Assembly (NCBI RefSeq): GCF_963921235.1
Contig: NC_086097.1
Coordinates: 133,178,001-133,242,000 of the forward strand
DNA length: 64,000 nt
Direction: 5' to 3'
Source: Mobula hypostoma
Lineage: Eukaryota
Positions 1-11,372 of the stretch are shown one piece after another. Position 1 is the stretch's first letter; the number at the start of each line of letters is the position of its first letter. The notes under the pieces are model-generated. The model worked only from the letters and a program-made list of their open reading frames with translations, had not been told where the DNA came from and did not search any database. Made by a program: the position numbers and the translations under genes.

Positions 1-39
1 TGCCTCCAGCGGTGGTATCGATAATGATTTGGCAGGTAG

Positions 40-985
40 CTTGACTTATTTTCCAAGTTAATGCAATAAACTGCAGAGTTGTTGACTCAGCACAGCACAT
101 TACAGAAACCAGCCTCCCCTCCATGGATTCCACCAGTTACGTTTGTAAAGCTGCCAGCATAATCAAAACCCCACCCAGTCCGGGGAATCTGTCTCCTTCC
201 TCCCCCTTCCCCAGGGGCAGAAAATGCAAAAGCCTGAAAGCCCATATCACCAGGCTCAAGAACAGCTCCTGTCCCACTGATAAGAGTTTATCAAATGTCC
301 CCTATTATGATGAGGATGGGATGTTAACCTCACCATTATATGGCCTTGCACCTTACTGTCTGTCAGCACTGCACTCTGTAACAGTAGCACTTCATTCTGC
401 ATTCTTTTACTATTTTACCTAGTACTTTACAAGGATGTTGCCTGGATTGGAGGGCGTATCTTATGAGAATAGGTTGAGTGTACTTGGCCTTATCTCCTTG
501 GAGCGATGGAGGATGAGATGTGACCTGATAGAGGTGTATATGATGATGAGAGACAATGATTATGTGGATAGCCAGGGGCTTTTTCCCAGGGCTGAAATGG
601 CTAACGCGGGGGGGTGGGGGGGGTGGGACACATAGTTTTAAGGTGCTTGAAAATGGGTATGGAGGGGATGTCAAAGGTAAGTTTTTCAGAGTGGTGGGTG
701 CGTGGAATGCACTGCTGGCAACGGTGGTGGAAGCAGATACAATAGGGTCCTTTAAGAGCCTCTTGGAGAGGTACATGGAGCTTAGAAAAATACAGGGCTA
801 TATGTTAGGGAAATTCTAGGCAGTCTCTAGAGTCGGTTACGTAGTCGGCACAACATTGTGGGCCGAAGGGCCTGTAATGTGCTGTAAATTTCTGTTCTAT
901 ATTTACCACCTCAATGCACTGTTATAATGAATTGTACTGTATGAACAGTGTGCAAAACAAGTTTTTACTGTACTTTAGTGCGTGA
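40..985 (+). mobile_element. Degraded LINE 3' end (Rex/Babar-like), interrupted by a CR1 fragment
   Basis: KAASIIK...FPRGRKCKSLKAHITRLKNS is the C-terminal ORF2 remnant seen repeatedly in this window. The tail resumes after about 900 (acctcaatgcactg...), as in the uninterrupted copy at 46340-46640. Confidence 0.6.
427..900 (+). mobile_element. CR1 LINE 3' fragment
   Basis: FTRMLPGLEGVSYENRLSVLGLISLERWRMRCDLIEVY is a CR1 ORF2 C-terminus. The 3' UTR is very similar to 39197-39662. Confidence 0.9.
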
Positions 986-1356
986 AAGTAATAGACCGAT
1001 ATGCTAATTATTTCTAGCAATTTAATAAGGCTGTATAAGATACAGTCAACAATGCTCGTAATCAAAGTTGCAGCAGTGCTCCTGATTAAAGCCGGGAAAT
1101 TCAGCAGCATGCAGTGACTGGATGATTAAATGATGTATATGAAAATCAGCACAGTCACTTACGGTCTCTAGCTATAATCTGAAAATGGGATTAGGCTTGA
1201 AGCTTATTGGATGCAAGAATAGTAGTTTGATTATATGTAGACCTTTTTTTATTTAAGCGCAGGTAACACTTTCTCATTACAGTGGAACCCGCAACATTGT
1301 CTTGAAAGGTTCTTAACTTGGGTTTTGCTTCTTAAAATTATTATCTTATATTTCAG

Positions 1357-1426
1357 TCTGGTGCATCCACAAAAGCTAAAGGTCAGGCCATGAAGACGGA
1401 CCAATCAGAGGACAACGAAGTGTTCG
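1357..1426 (+). CDS. MBP: Golli-MBP internal coding exon (equivalent of mammalian Golli exon 3), SGASTKAKGQAMKTDQSEDNEVF+G
   Basis: Acceptor tatttcag|TCT at 1356/1357 and donor TTCG|gtatgt at 1426/1427. The 70 nt start in phase 0 and end in phase 1. It encodes SEDNEVF, matching mammalian Golli ...TTSEDNEVFG, and joins in frame to the exon at 51812. Not in the ORF track. Confidence 0.93.
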
Positions 1427-2171
1427 GTATGTTCAAAACTCAATTGGGTAAAACCCTCCAGCAAATTAATTCCTAGCCTATTTATCATTATAGTGCAAAA
1501 ACAAGGCTATTTGCCTCCTTGTGCCTACAGTAAATCATTGATATGAATGAATTTGGAATAAATATGTTTTGTTCTATCCACTTTTAAGTCATAGGGATGC
1601 TGCTGGTTCCTACCCACAAATGGTGTTGGCCAGGCTTGAGTATAGAATAGGATTCAGCTAGAGTTGGATGCAAATCTCCTGGGCACATAACAAAGAACAT
1701 TGTGTACTTTTTTAAAAAATTTAACAAAAGATTATACTTATTTTGAAATATTGTTAACTTAAGGAAAATATTTCATTGGGCAAATCTAATGGTTTAATAT
1801 CTAAAAGAGCATCCCATGAGAACTGGCAGCCTTTCCACAACAGTCGCTTTTCTTGAGGAACTTGTCCATTTTCACATCTTCCAATTTCAGTCAGGGAGCA
1901 ATTTCTGCCTGTGTGTAAAATGGAGAACTAAAATCTTGAACCATTTCCTGTGCCATTTGTTAATTAGTCATTTGATGTCATGGGAAGATGTTCCAAATCA
2001 GGCTGAAACACTCCTGGTATCAACAATTCATATCTGGGAGAAAATCAGATGTCTTAGTAAGGTTGCTCAGCACAGCATAGCTCTCGCCTTTGTGTGACCA
2101 CTGCCAACCTACTCCACCTGTGCCAACTCGCCTGCGTTATCTGCAAGGTGCCTGCCTTACTGAAGACACAA

Positions 2172-2660
2172 GATCATAGAATCATTGAGTATCACAGCAC
2201 AGAAACAGGCCCTTCAGCCCATTTAGTCCATGCCAAACTGTTATTCTGCCTAGTCCTATTGATCCACACTTGGACCAAAGCCCTACATACTCCTCCCATC
2301 CGTGTACTTATCCAAATTTCTCATAAACGTTGCTATTGAACTGCATCCTCCACTTCAGCTGGCAGATTGTTCCACACTCGCACCACCCCGTGAATGAGGA
2401 ATCTTCCCCTTAAATGTTTACCTTTCACCCTAACCTGTGACCTCTAGTTCTAGTCTCACCCAACCGCAATAGAAAAAGCCTTATCTATACCTCTCAAAGT
2501 GTTACATACCTCCATCAAATCTCCCCACCCCACCATTCTCCTATGCTCCAGGAAGTACAAGTCCTAATCTATTCAAATTTTCTGTATGACTCGGGCTTTC
2601 AACAACATCCTTGTAAACTTTCTCTGCACTCATTCTATCTTACTAATTTCTTTCCTGTAG
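2172..2660 (-). mobile_element. CR1 LINE 3' fragment
   Basis: Reverse-complement CR1 3' UTR (catagaatc...acagcacagaaacaggcccttc) and ORF2 end (caacatccttgtaaac). Confidence 0.8.
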
Positions 2661-3379
2661 GAAGATAAGATTCTACAGGTGGCATGAATAACAATATTTG
2701 TTGGAAATGCTCAGTATTTAATCGGAGAGAAGTGGATATCTTTATAGGCTGTTGCTCTGAACACTAACTAGCCCTATTTTTGTCTCCATTTGTGCTTCCT
2801 GACCCACTGAGTACTTCCAGCAGCTACTGCTTCTCCACGTTCAGTGTTACTAATGCACAGAGAGAAATACTAATATTAAGAGCAAATGATGTCAAATCGA
2901 AGCAACTCCTTCATGAATGTGAACCAGGATGTACCATACATAAGAGGAATGATCCCTCTTCACTTTGCCACTATCAAAATACTCAATGAAGCCCACTAGT
3001 AAAGTAAGAAATTCTGCAATTGTTTTGGGAAAAATAAACTTCCATAGACTGTGCTAGATAATCTAATTAAAATTATGTTTTTTTTGGGGATTGAGAGTAA
3101 CCAGGAGACAGGGAAGAACTTGCTTGTTCCTTGAAGTAATTTGGAGGAATCTGTTGTCCACCTGAGAGAGGGGGAGAACTGGACTATGGTTTAACTTAGA
3201 TTCACCTCAGATATAAAGATGTATGAAAGTAATATTATCATTGGATTTGTTTTATTATCGTCACGTGACAAGATGCATGCCATTAGACAGATCATTCCAT
3301 ACATAAGTACACTGAGGTAGTAAAAAGAAAACAAAACGCAGGATAGTGTTGCAGCTTACAGAGTGAGTGTTTAGTTATT

Positions 3380-3620
3380 TATTAAGATACAGCACAAAAC
3401 AAACTCTCCTTCAAGCTGCGCTGCCCAGTGATCTCCCGATTTAAAGCACTTTACAATTACCAATTAACCTACCAACTGATACATTTTTGCACTATGGGAG
3501 GAAACCAGAGCACCCGGAAGAAACCCACACAGTCGCAGAGAGAATGTATAAACTCCTTACAGCAACGGCGGGAATTGAACCCAGGTTACTGGGACTGTAC
3601 ACTGTTGTGCTAACCACTGT
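3380..3620 (-). mobile_element. tRNA-derived SINE (HE1/V-SINE-like)
   Basis: gggaggaaaccagagcacccggaagaaacccacacagtc...gggaattgaaccc is the reverse of the V-domain body and tRNA B box. Related copies lie at 4135-4400, 10020-10310, 23030-23135 (+), 41015-41240 (+), 45800-46240 and 50415-50600. Confidence 0.75.
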
Positions 3621-4639
3621 GATAGCATGCCAGTGCAGGTACACGGAGTGAGGACCAAAGTGAGGTAGACTGGGAGATCTTTAGCTCATGAGATGTCAGC
3701 TTAAGGGTCTGATAACAACCGGATGGAAGCTGACCTTGAGCCTGTTAGTACTTGTTGTCAGGCTTTTGAAACCTTCTGTATCTTGTCCAATGGGAGAAGG
3801 GAGAAGTGAGAATAGCCATGTTAGGAAACATCCTTAATAATGTTGACTGCTTTCTAGAGGCAACGCAGACTGTAGGCAGAATCACTGATGGGAAGGTTGG
3901 CTTGTGTTTGGACAGGGGTGGGTTCAAAGCTGTGCTTTCTTGCAGTTTTGAGCAGAGCACTTGACATGCTAAACTGTGATGCATCCAGGTAGAGCCTCTG
4001 TAAATATCAATAATGCTTAATAGGAACATGCTGATTTCCTTTAGACTTCTGAGAAAAAAGATGTGTATGTCTGCTTTCTTGGCCATAGCTTCAAAATGGC
4101 AGGATCAGGACACGTTGGTGATTTTTTGTAAATTGAGATACAGCTCAGAATAGACCCTTCCAGCCCTTCAAGCTGCACCACCCAGCAACACCTGATTTAA
4201 TCCTAGCTAATTATGGGACCAATTAACCTACTAATCAGTATGGCTTTGGACTGTGGGAGGAAATCTGAGCTCCTGGAGAAAACCCACTCACTCCACGGGG
4301 AGGATGTACAGATTCCTTGTGGTTGACATTGGAATTGAATTCCAAATTCCATAGCCCCAAGCTGTAAAAGTGTCCCTCTAACTGCTGTGCTACCGTGGTA
4401 GATGTGTTATGTGATGTTTACACCTCAGTATTCATCTTCTTCGAGTCCACCTGCCACTTTGCTTTTTAATTTCATCAGTGCTTTTTCCAAAGTCACTTTG
4501 TATCAGCCCACAGTCTCATTCCTCTTGCAGGTCATTCAGTCTGCCGAGTTCATCCACTTGAAGTTGTCCTTTCTCTTTTGAATAACACAGTCGTTTAGAC
4601 AAAATCAAAAAAGGTGAATAAGGATTAACGGTGTTATAT

Positions 4640-7440
4640 TTGAATGTGTGCAGTGAACAGAATAAGGTAAATGAACTTGTAACACAATTACAGATTGGCA
4701 AGTATGTTAATGTAGGCATCTTTGAAACATGGCTGAAAGAAGATCATAAACTGGGAGCTTAATGTTCAAAGATGCACATTGTATCAAAAGGATAAGCAGA
4801 AAGGCAGAGGGGGTGGTGTGGCTCTGTTGGTAAAAAATGAAATCAAATCATTAGAAGAGACGACATATGGTTAGAAGGCGTTGAATCATTGTGGATATAG
4901 CTAAGAAATTGCAAGGGTAAAAAGAACCTGATGGGAGTCGAATACAGACCCCCAAACAGTAATTAGGATGTGGTCTACAAGTTACAATGGGAGATGGAAA
5001 ATGCATGCCAAAAGGGCAATGTTACAATAGTCATGGGGGATTTCAATATGCAGATAGATTGGAAAAATCAGGTTGGTGTGGGATTCCAAGAGGGGGAGTT
5101 TTTAGAATGCCTGTGAGTTGACGTTTTAGAGCTGCTCGTGGTTGAGCACACTGGTGGATCAGCTATTCTGGATTGAGTGTTGTGCAATGAACTGGAATTG
5201 ATAAAACAGCTTAAGGTAAAAGAACCCTCAGGGGAAAGTGATCATAATATGAATGAATCCACCCTGCAATTTGAGAAGGAGAAGCTAAAGTCAAATGTAT
5301 CAGTATTTTTTTCAATGAAGTAAAGGAAATTGTAGAAGCATGGGGGGGGGGCTAGAATTAGAAAAGAACACTGGCAGGGATGATGGCAGAGCACTAATAG
5401 TTGGGATTTCTGGAAGGAATTAGGAAGGCACAGGATATATACATCCTAAAGAGGAATAAGTATTCTGAAGGCAAGATGACACCACCTAAAAGCCAAAGAG
5501 AGGGCATCTAATAGAGCAAAAATTAATGGGAAGTTAGAGCGTTGGGAAGCTTTTGAATACCAACAGAAGGCACCTAAATAAAGTCATTAAGAAGGTAGAG
5601 ATGGAATATGAGAGTAAGCTAGCCAATAATATTAAAAAGGATTCCAAAATTTTTTTCAGGTACGTAGAGTGTGAATTAGAGGCGATAATGGATAACAGAC
5701 CCTGGAAAATTGTGCTAGAACAATAGTAATAGGGGACAGGGAAATAGTGGATGAATTAGATAAGTATTTTATATCAGTCCTCACTGTGGAAGACACTAGC
5801 AATATGGTGGAAGTTCCAGGTATCAGGGGTCATGAAGTGTGTGAAGTTGCTATTACTAGGGAGAAGGTTCCTGGGAAATTGAAAGGTCTGAGGGCAGGTA
5901 AGTCACCTGCACCAGATGGTGTGCACCCCAGGGTTCTGAAAGAGGTGGAGGAAGAGATTGTGGAGGCATTAGTCATGATTTTTCAAGAGTCACCAGATTC
6001 TGGAATGGTTCTGGAAGATTGGAAAATTGCAAATGTCACTCCACACTTCAAGAAGGGAGAGAGAGAGAAAAAAGGAAACTGTAGGTCGGTTAATCGGACC
6101 TTGGTGGTTGGTAAAATGTTGGAGTCGATTGTTAAGGGTGCAGTTTCAGGGTACTTGGAGGCACCTGATAGAATGGGCCATAGTCAGCATGGTTTCCTCG
6201 AGGGAAAATCTACCTGATTGATCTGTTGGAACTCTCTGAAGAAATAACAAGCAGGATAGACAAAGGAGGATCAATTGATGTTGTCTACTTGGATTTTTCA
6301 GAAGGCCTTTGACAAGGTGCCGCACACGAGGCTGCCTAACAAGCTGAGCCCAGGGTATTACAGGAAAGATTCTAGCATGGGTAAAGCAGTGGCTGATTGG
6401 CAGGAGTCGAAGTGTGGGAATAAAGGGAGCCTTTTCTGGTTCGCTGCCAGAGACTAGTGGTGTCCCACAGGCGTCTGTGTTGGGACCGATGATTTTTACC
6501 TTGTTTGTCAATGATTTGGATGATGGAATTGATGGCTTTGTTGCAAAGTTTGCAGACAATACAAAGATAGGTGGAAGGGCAGGTAATTTTGAGGAAACGG
6601 AGAGGATGCAGAAGAACCTGGACAGATTAGGAGAATGGGTGAAGAAATGACAGATGGAATACAGTGTCGGGAAGTGTATTGTCATGCACTTTGTGCCTCA
6701 GTTTAGTTAATCCTTTCATTCCTTTTGCCAAAGGGACTTGGGAGTACTTGAGCAGGATTTTCTAAAGGATAAATTGCAGGTTGAATCTGCAGTGAGGAAA
6801 GCAAATGAGATGTTAGCATTCATTTCAAGAGAACTGGAATCTAAAAGCAAGGATGTAATGTTGAATTTATAAGGCGCTAGTGAGGCCTCACATGAAGTAT
6901 TGTGAGCAGTTTTGGGTCCCCTTATCTTAGAAAGGTTGGCTGAAACTCGAGAGGGGTCAAACAAGGTTCATGAAAATGATTCCATGATTAAATGGCTTGT
7001 GATATGAAGAGTGTTTGATAGCTCTGGGCCTGTATTCACTGGAATTCAGAGAATGAGGGGTGACCTTATTGAACCCTATTGAATGGCGAAAGGCCTAGAT
7101 AATGTGGATGTGGAGAGGATGTTTCCTGTGGTAGGAGTGTCTGAGACCAGAGGAATCAACCTCAGAATAGGCGGGCATCCTTTTAGAATAGAGATGAGGA
7201 AGAATTTCTTTAGCCAGAGAGTGGTGAATCTGTGGAAACTGTTGCCACAGGCGGCTGTGGAGGCCAAGTCTTTCTGTATATTTAAGGCAGAGGATGATAG
7301 ATTCTTGATTGGTCAGGGCATGAAGGGATACTGAGAGAAGGCAGAAGACTGAGGCTGAGAGGAAAACTGGATCAACCATGATGAAATATTGGAGCAGACT
7401 CAATGGGCCAAATGGCCTAATTCTGCACCTATATCTTGTG
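4640..7440 (+). mobile_element. CR1 LINE ORF2 (APE endonuclease + RT), degraded
   Basis: Motifs GIxETW, MGDFN, SDH, KSPAPDGVHPRVLKE, SQHGF, FQKAFDKVPH, SGVPQASVLGP, KFADNTK and RKNFFSQRVVNLW, followed by a CR1 3' UTR. Many stops and frameshifts. Confidence 0.95.
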
Positions 7441-7848
7441 GTTTTCAGAAGAAAATGATAATTCTTTCTCAGCTGTTTTGTACATGTCTCCAGCATGGTC
7501 AGGGTGTTGCTCCAGATCATTGTATTGTGCAGAGCATCAAATGGGATTGGTGTAAATGAGTACTTGATGATGAGCATGGAGTTAGTGAGTTGAATAGCCT
7601 GTCTCTGTGCCGTATGGCACCGTTGAAAGCATGAGGAAGTTTCACATTCTGACCTTAACCCAGACCCACGTTCTCCCATACTATTTTATGTTCCTACTGA
7701 ACCTGGAAATCTGGATCTTAAACGTTCCCCATTTCAACCAACTCGCATACATGTTGTGCTAATTAAAATATTTGAAGGTGCTTATTGTGTTAAACTTGTA
7801 ACTAGTACAATATCTATCTCGCCTGTAGAATGGTGAAAACATTACCTC

Positions 7849-9372
7849 GCAACACACACAAAATGCTGGAGGAACTCAGCAGGCCAGGCAGCAGCTATGG
7901 AAAAGAGTACAGTCAACATTTTGGGCCGAGACCCTTCATCAGGACTGGAAAAAGGATGAGGAGTCAATAAATAAGTGGGAGGGGGAGGGGAGGAAGAAAC
8001 ACAAGGTGACAGGTGAACCCGGGAGTGGGGAGGGTGAAGTAAAGAGCTGGGAAGTTGATAGGAGAAAGAGATACAGGGCTGGAGAAGGGGGAATCTGATA
8101 GGAGAGGACAGAGGCCATGGAAGAAAGAAAAGGAGGAGGAGCACCAGGGGGAGGTGATAAGGTAGGAGAGTGGGGTGGAGGCATTACTGGAAGTTTGAGA
8201 AATCGGTGTTCATGCCATCAGTTTGGAGGCTACCCAGATGGAATATAAGATGTTACTCCTCCAGCCTGAGTGTGGCCTCATTGTGGCAGCAGAGGAGGCC
8301 ATGGACTGATGTGCCTGAAAGGGAAGTGGAATTAAAATGGGTGGCCACTGGGGGATGCTGCTTTTTCTGGCAGTCGAGCCTAGGTGCTCGGCAAAGCAGT
8401 CTCCCAGTCTGTGTCAGGCCTCACTGATACACAGGGGACTATACCAGAGCACCGGATACAGTAGATTACCCCAACAGTCTCACAGGTGAAGTATCACCTC
8501 ACCTGGAAGGACTGTATGGGGGGCCCTGAATGGTAGTGAGGGAGGTGGTATAGGGGCAGGTTGTAGCACTTGTCTGGTTGCAAGATTAAGTGCCAGGAAT
8601 AGGATGAGTGGGGAAGGACAAATGGATAATGAAGTCACATAGGGAGCAATCCCTGTGGAAAGCAGAAAGTGGGGGGGGGGGATGTGGAAGATGTTGTGAT
8701 GGGATCCCACTGGAGATAGCGAGATAGCGGAAGTTACGGAGAATTGTGTGTTGGACGCAGAGGGTGGTGGGTGAGGACAAGAGGAACCCTATCCATGGAG
8801 GGGTGGTGGGAGGGTGGGGGGAAGGTTGACATGCGTGAAATGGAAGAGATGCAGTCGAGGGCAGCATTGATGGTGGAGGAAGGGAAGCCTCTTTCTTTGA
8901 AGGAGAACATCTCCTTAGTTCTTGAATGAAATGCCTCATCCTGAAAGCAGATGTGGTGGAGATGGAGGAACTGAGAGAAGTGGATGGCATTTTTATAAGT
9001 AATAGGGTGAGAAGAGGGATAGTCCTGGTAGCTCTGAGAATCAGTGTGTTTATCCTAGACACCAGTAGATAATTGTCTCCAAGAGATCACGAAAGTGGAA
9101 GGAGGTGTTAGAAACGAACCAGGTAAATTTGAGGGTAGGGTGGAAGTTGAAGGCAAAGTTGATGAAGTCGCTGAGCTCTGTATGGGTGTAGGAAGCAGCA
9201 CTAATGCAGTCCTCGATGTAGTGTAGGAAACGGGGAGCAATACTAGGGTAGGCTTGGAACTTGGACTGTTCCACGTAGCCAACAAACAGCAGGCAGAGCT
9301 GGGACCCATGCAGACCTTGTGTTTGAAGGAAGTGGGAGAAGCCAAAGGAGAAGTTATTAAGAGTGAGGTAAA
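7849..9372 (-). mobile_element. Penelope-like element (Neptune-like), 5'-truncated: RT remnant, GIY-YIG endonuclease, pLTR with hammerhead motif
   Basis: Minus-strand motifs MGPS, LHYIEDC (RYIDD) and FHPTLKFT, a Cys-rich linker, and HGLLCCHNEATLRLE...GSLQTDGMN. The terminal segment reads cagtcctgatgaagggtctcggccc on the minus strand (7910-7947). Confidence 0.9.
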
Positions 9373-10589
9373 ATTTGCCCCTGTCTTGACCTCTTGTGGC
9401 TGAGTTGTCTTAGTCTTGGAGAAAAACTAATTATGAATGATAAAACTGCATCCTTCCCTTTGATCTAACATTAAGCTTGGCCTTTACCCTGAGAAAGCAG
9501 TACTTTGGCCATTACTTCACTCCTCCCCTTATTCTTTAGTTGAAACAGTTTTCACTGTTACATAATTAAAGCTCTGAATTGCATTCCAGGTGGTGAAATG
9601 TAGTTAATACTTCTGTAAATTTTCAAGTGACAAGGTAGTTCAGTAGATAAAACATTCAGAATATGATGCATAGCTAGGAAAGTAAATGTTAAACCTAAAT
9701 CTTCCCAGTGTCTGCTCTTCTGTTGAAACAAACTGCCACTATACTCACATGCAGTAAAACGTGTAAACAGCCAATTGTTGTGTGTTTGTATTTCTAAAAC
9801 CGCCTTGGGAAGTAAGCTATCAATTTTGGCAGGTTATTGTGAATCCCATAGCTGAGTGGAAAACTACAAGAAGGCAAACAATGGTATCTCTGAATGAGTC
9901 AACCATTGAGTTTCGGAGCTTGTACTTTCACACGTCGTCGGTTCTCTTGAAACAGTCTGGAGCGCTGCCCTTCTGAGCCAATTACAGTCACAGATGCAGC
10001 ACAGAACTGGGGTCTTCAGCTCACCGGACCTATTAGAATTAATCCTATATCAGTCCCATTTTCATATTCTCCACACATTCTTAGCAACCCCCCCCCCCCC
10101 AGATTTTGCCACTCACCTACATACCAAGGACAATTTACAGTGGCCAGTTAACCCCTCTAACCCCTCTATCTTCGGGATATGGGGAAAAACCAGGGCACCG
10201 GGAGGGTAAGAGTACTGTACAGACACAACGTGTTGGACTCCACACAGACAACAGCTAAGGTCAGTTTTGAACCCAGATCCGTGGCATTGGAAGGCTGTGG
10301 CTCTGCTAGCTAAATCATGAGAACACATTGTATCTTGTATCGATGCCTGGCTCCTGTTAATGTAGGTAGCGTTAGTCATTTGCTGTGTTGGTATTTCTAT
10401 GCTTGTGGGAGGAGAGAAGCTGTATGATTTTGTAACTAGATCGCTCAATATTCTTAGCCAGGAGTGTGTAGGTTTTGGAGATGTGATCCTCTCTAATTCC
10501 TCACCATTATACTTGTGTTCTGCAACAAAAATGAGGCCACTGGCTAGTTTACAGATCTGTGACATAATCTCGATTCTTTATTAGAGGCG

Positions 10590-11372
10590 TAATTTAATGC
10601 AGACAAGTGGGAGATACTTCACTTTGGGATGACAAACCAGGGTACAATTTACTCAGTGAACAGTAGGGCACTGAGGAGTGTGATGGACAGAGGGATCTGG
10701 AAATACAGATCCATAATTCTTTAAAAGTGCTGTCACAGATAGAGCTTTTGAATTCATGAAGAGCGTTGGCACATTGGCCTTCATAAATCAAAGTATTGAG
10801 TACAGGACTTGAGATGTTATATTGAAGTTGTATAAGACATTGGTAAGGTGTAATTTGGTGTATTGGGTGCAGCCCTGGTCACCTACAGGAAAGATATCAA
10901 TAACTTTAATAGAGTGAAGCAATAATTTACAAGGATGTTGCCAGGATGTGAGGTCCTGAGTTATGGGTTGAATAGGTTAAGACTTCTTTCCCTAGGACAT
11001 AGGAGAAAGAGGGGAGATTTCATAGAGGTATGCAAAATTGTGATGGGTATAGATATGGTAAATGCAAGCAGACTTTTTCCACTAAGATTTCGTGAGACCA
11101 GCACTAGAGGTCACATGTTAAGGGTAAAAGATGAAATATTTAAGAGGGAACTACTTCACTTGGTTGCAAGAGTGTAGAACAAGCTGTCTGAGAAAGTGAT
11201 GGATGCACATTTAATTTCAAGATTTGGGAGAAAATTCGATAGGTGTATGGATGGGAGGGGTTCTGGAGGGCTATGGCCCAGGTGTAGGTTGATGGACAAA
11301 GCAGAACAATAGTTCACATGAACTAGAAAGGTCAAGGGGTCTTTTTCTGTGCTGTAGTGTTCTATGACTGTA
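10590..11372 (+). mobile_element. CR1 LINE 3' fragment
   Basis: QRDLEIQIH, FTRMLPG and RGDFIEVCKI, with a ttctatgactgtat-type tail. Confidence 0.9.

Noticed and set aside
5747..7334. Reverse-transcriptase ORFs as an active element or a retron/DGR-like system
   Set aside because: Ordinary CR1 ORF2 fragments with many stops and frameshifts, in a vertebrate intron.
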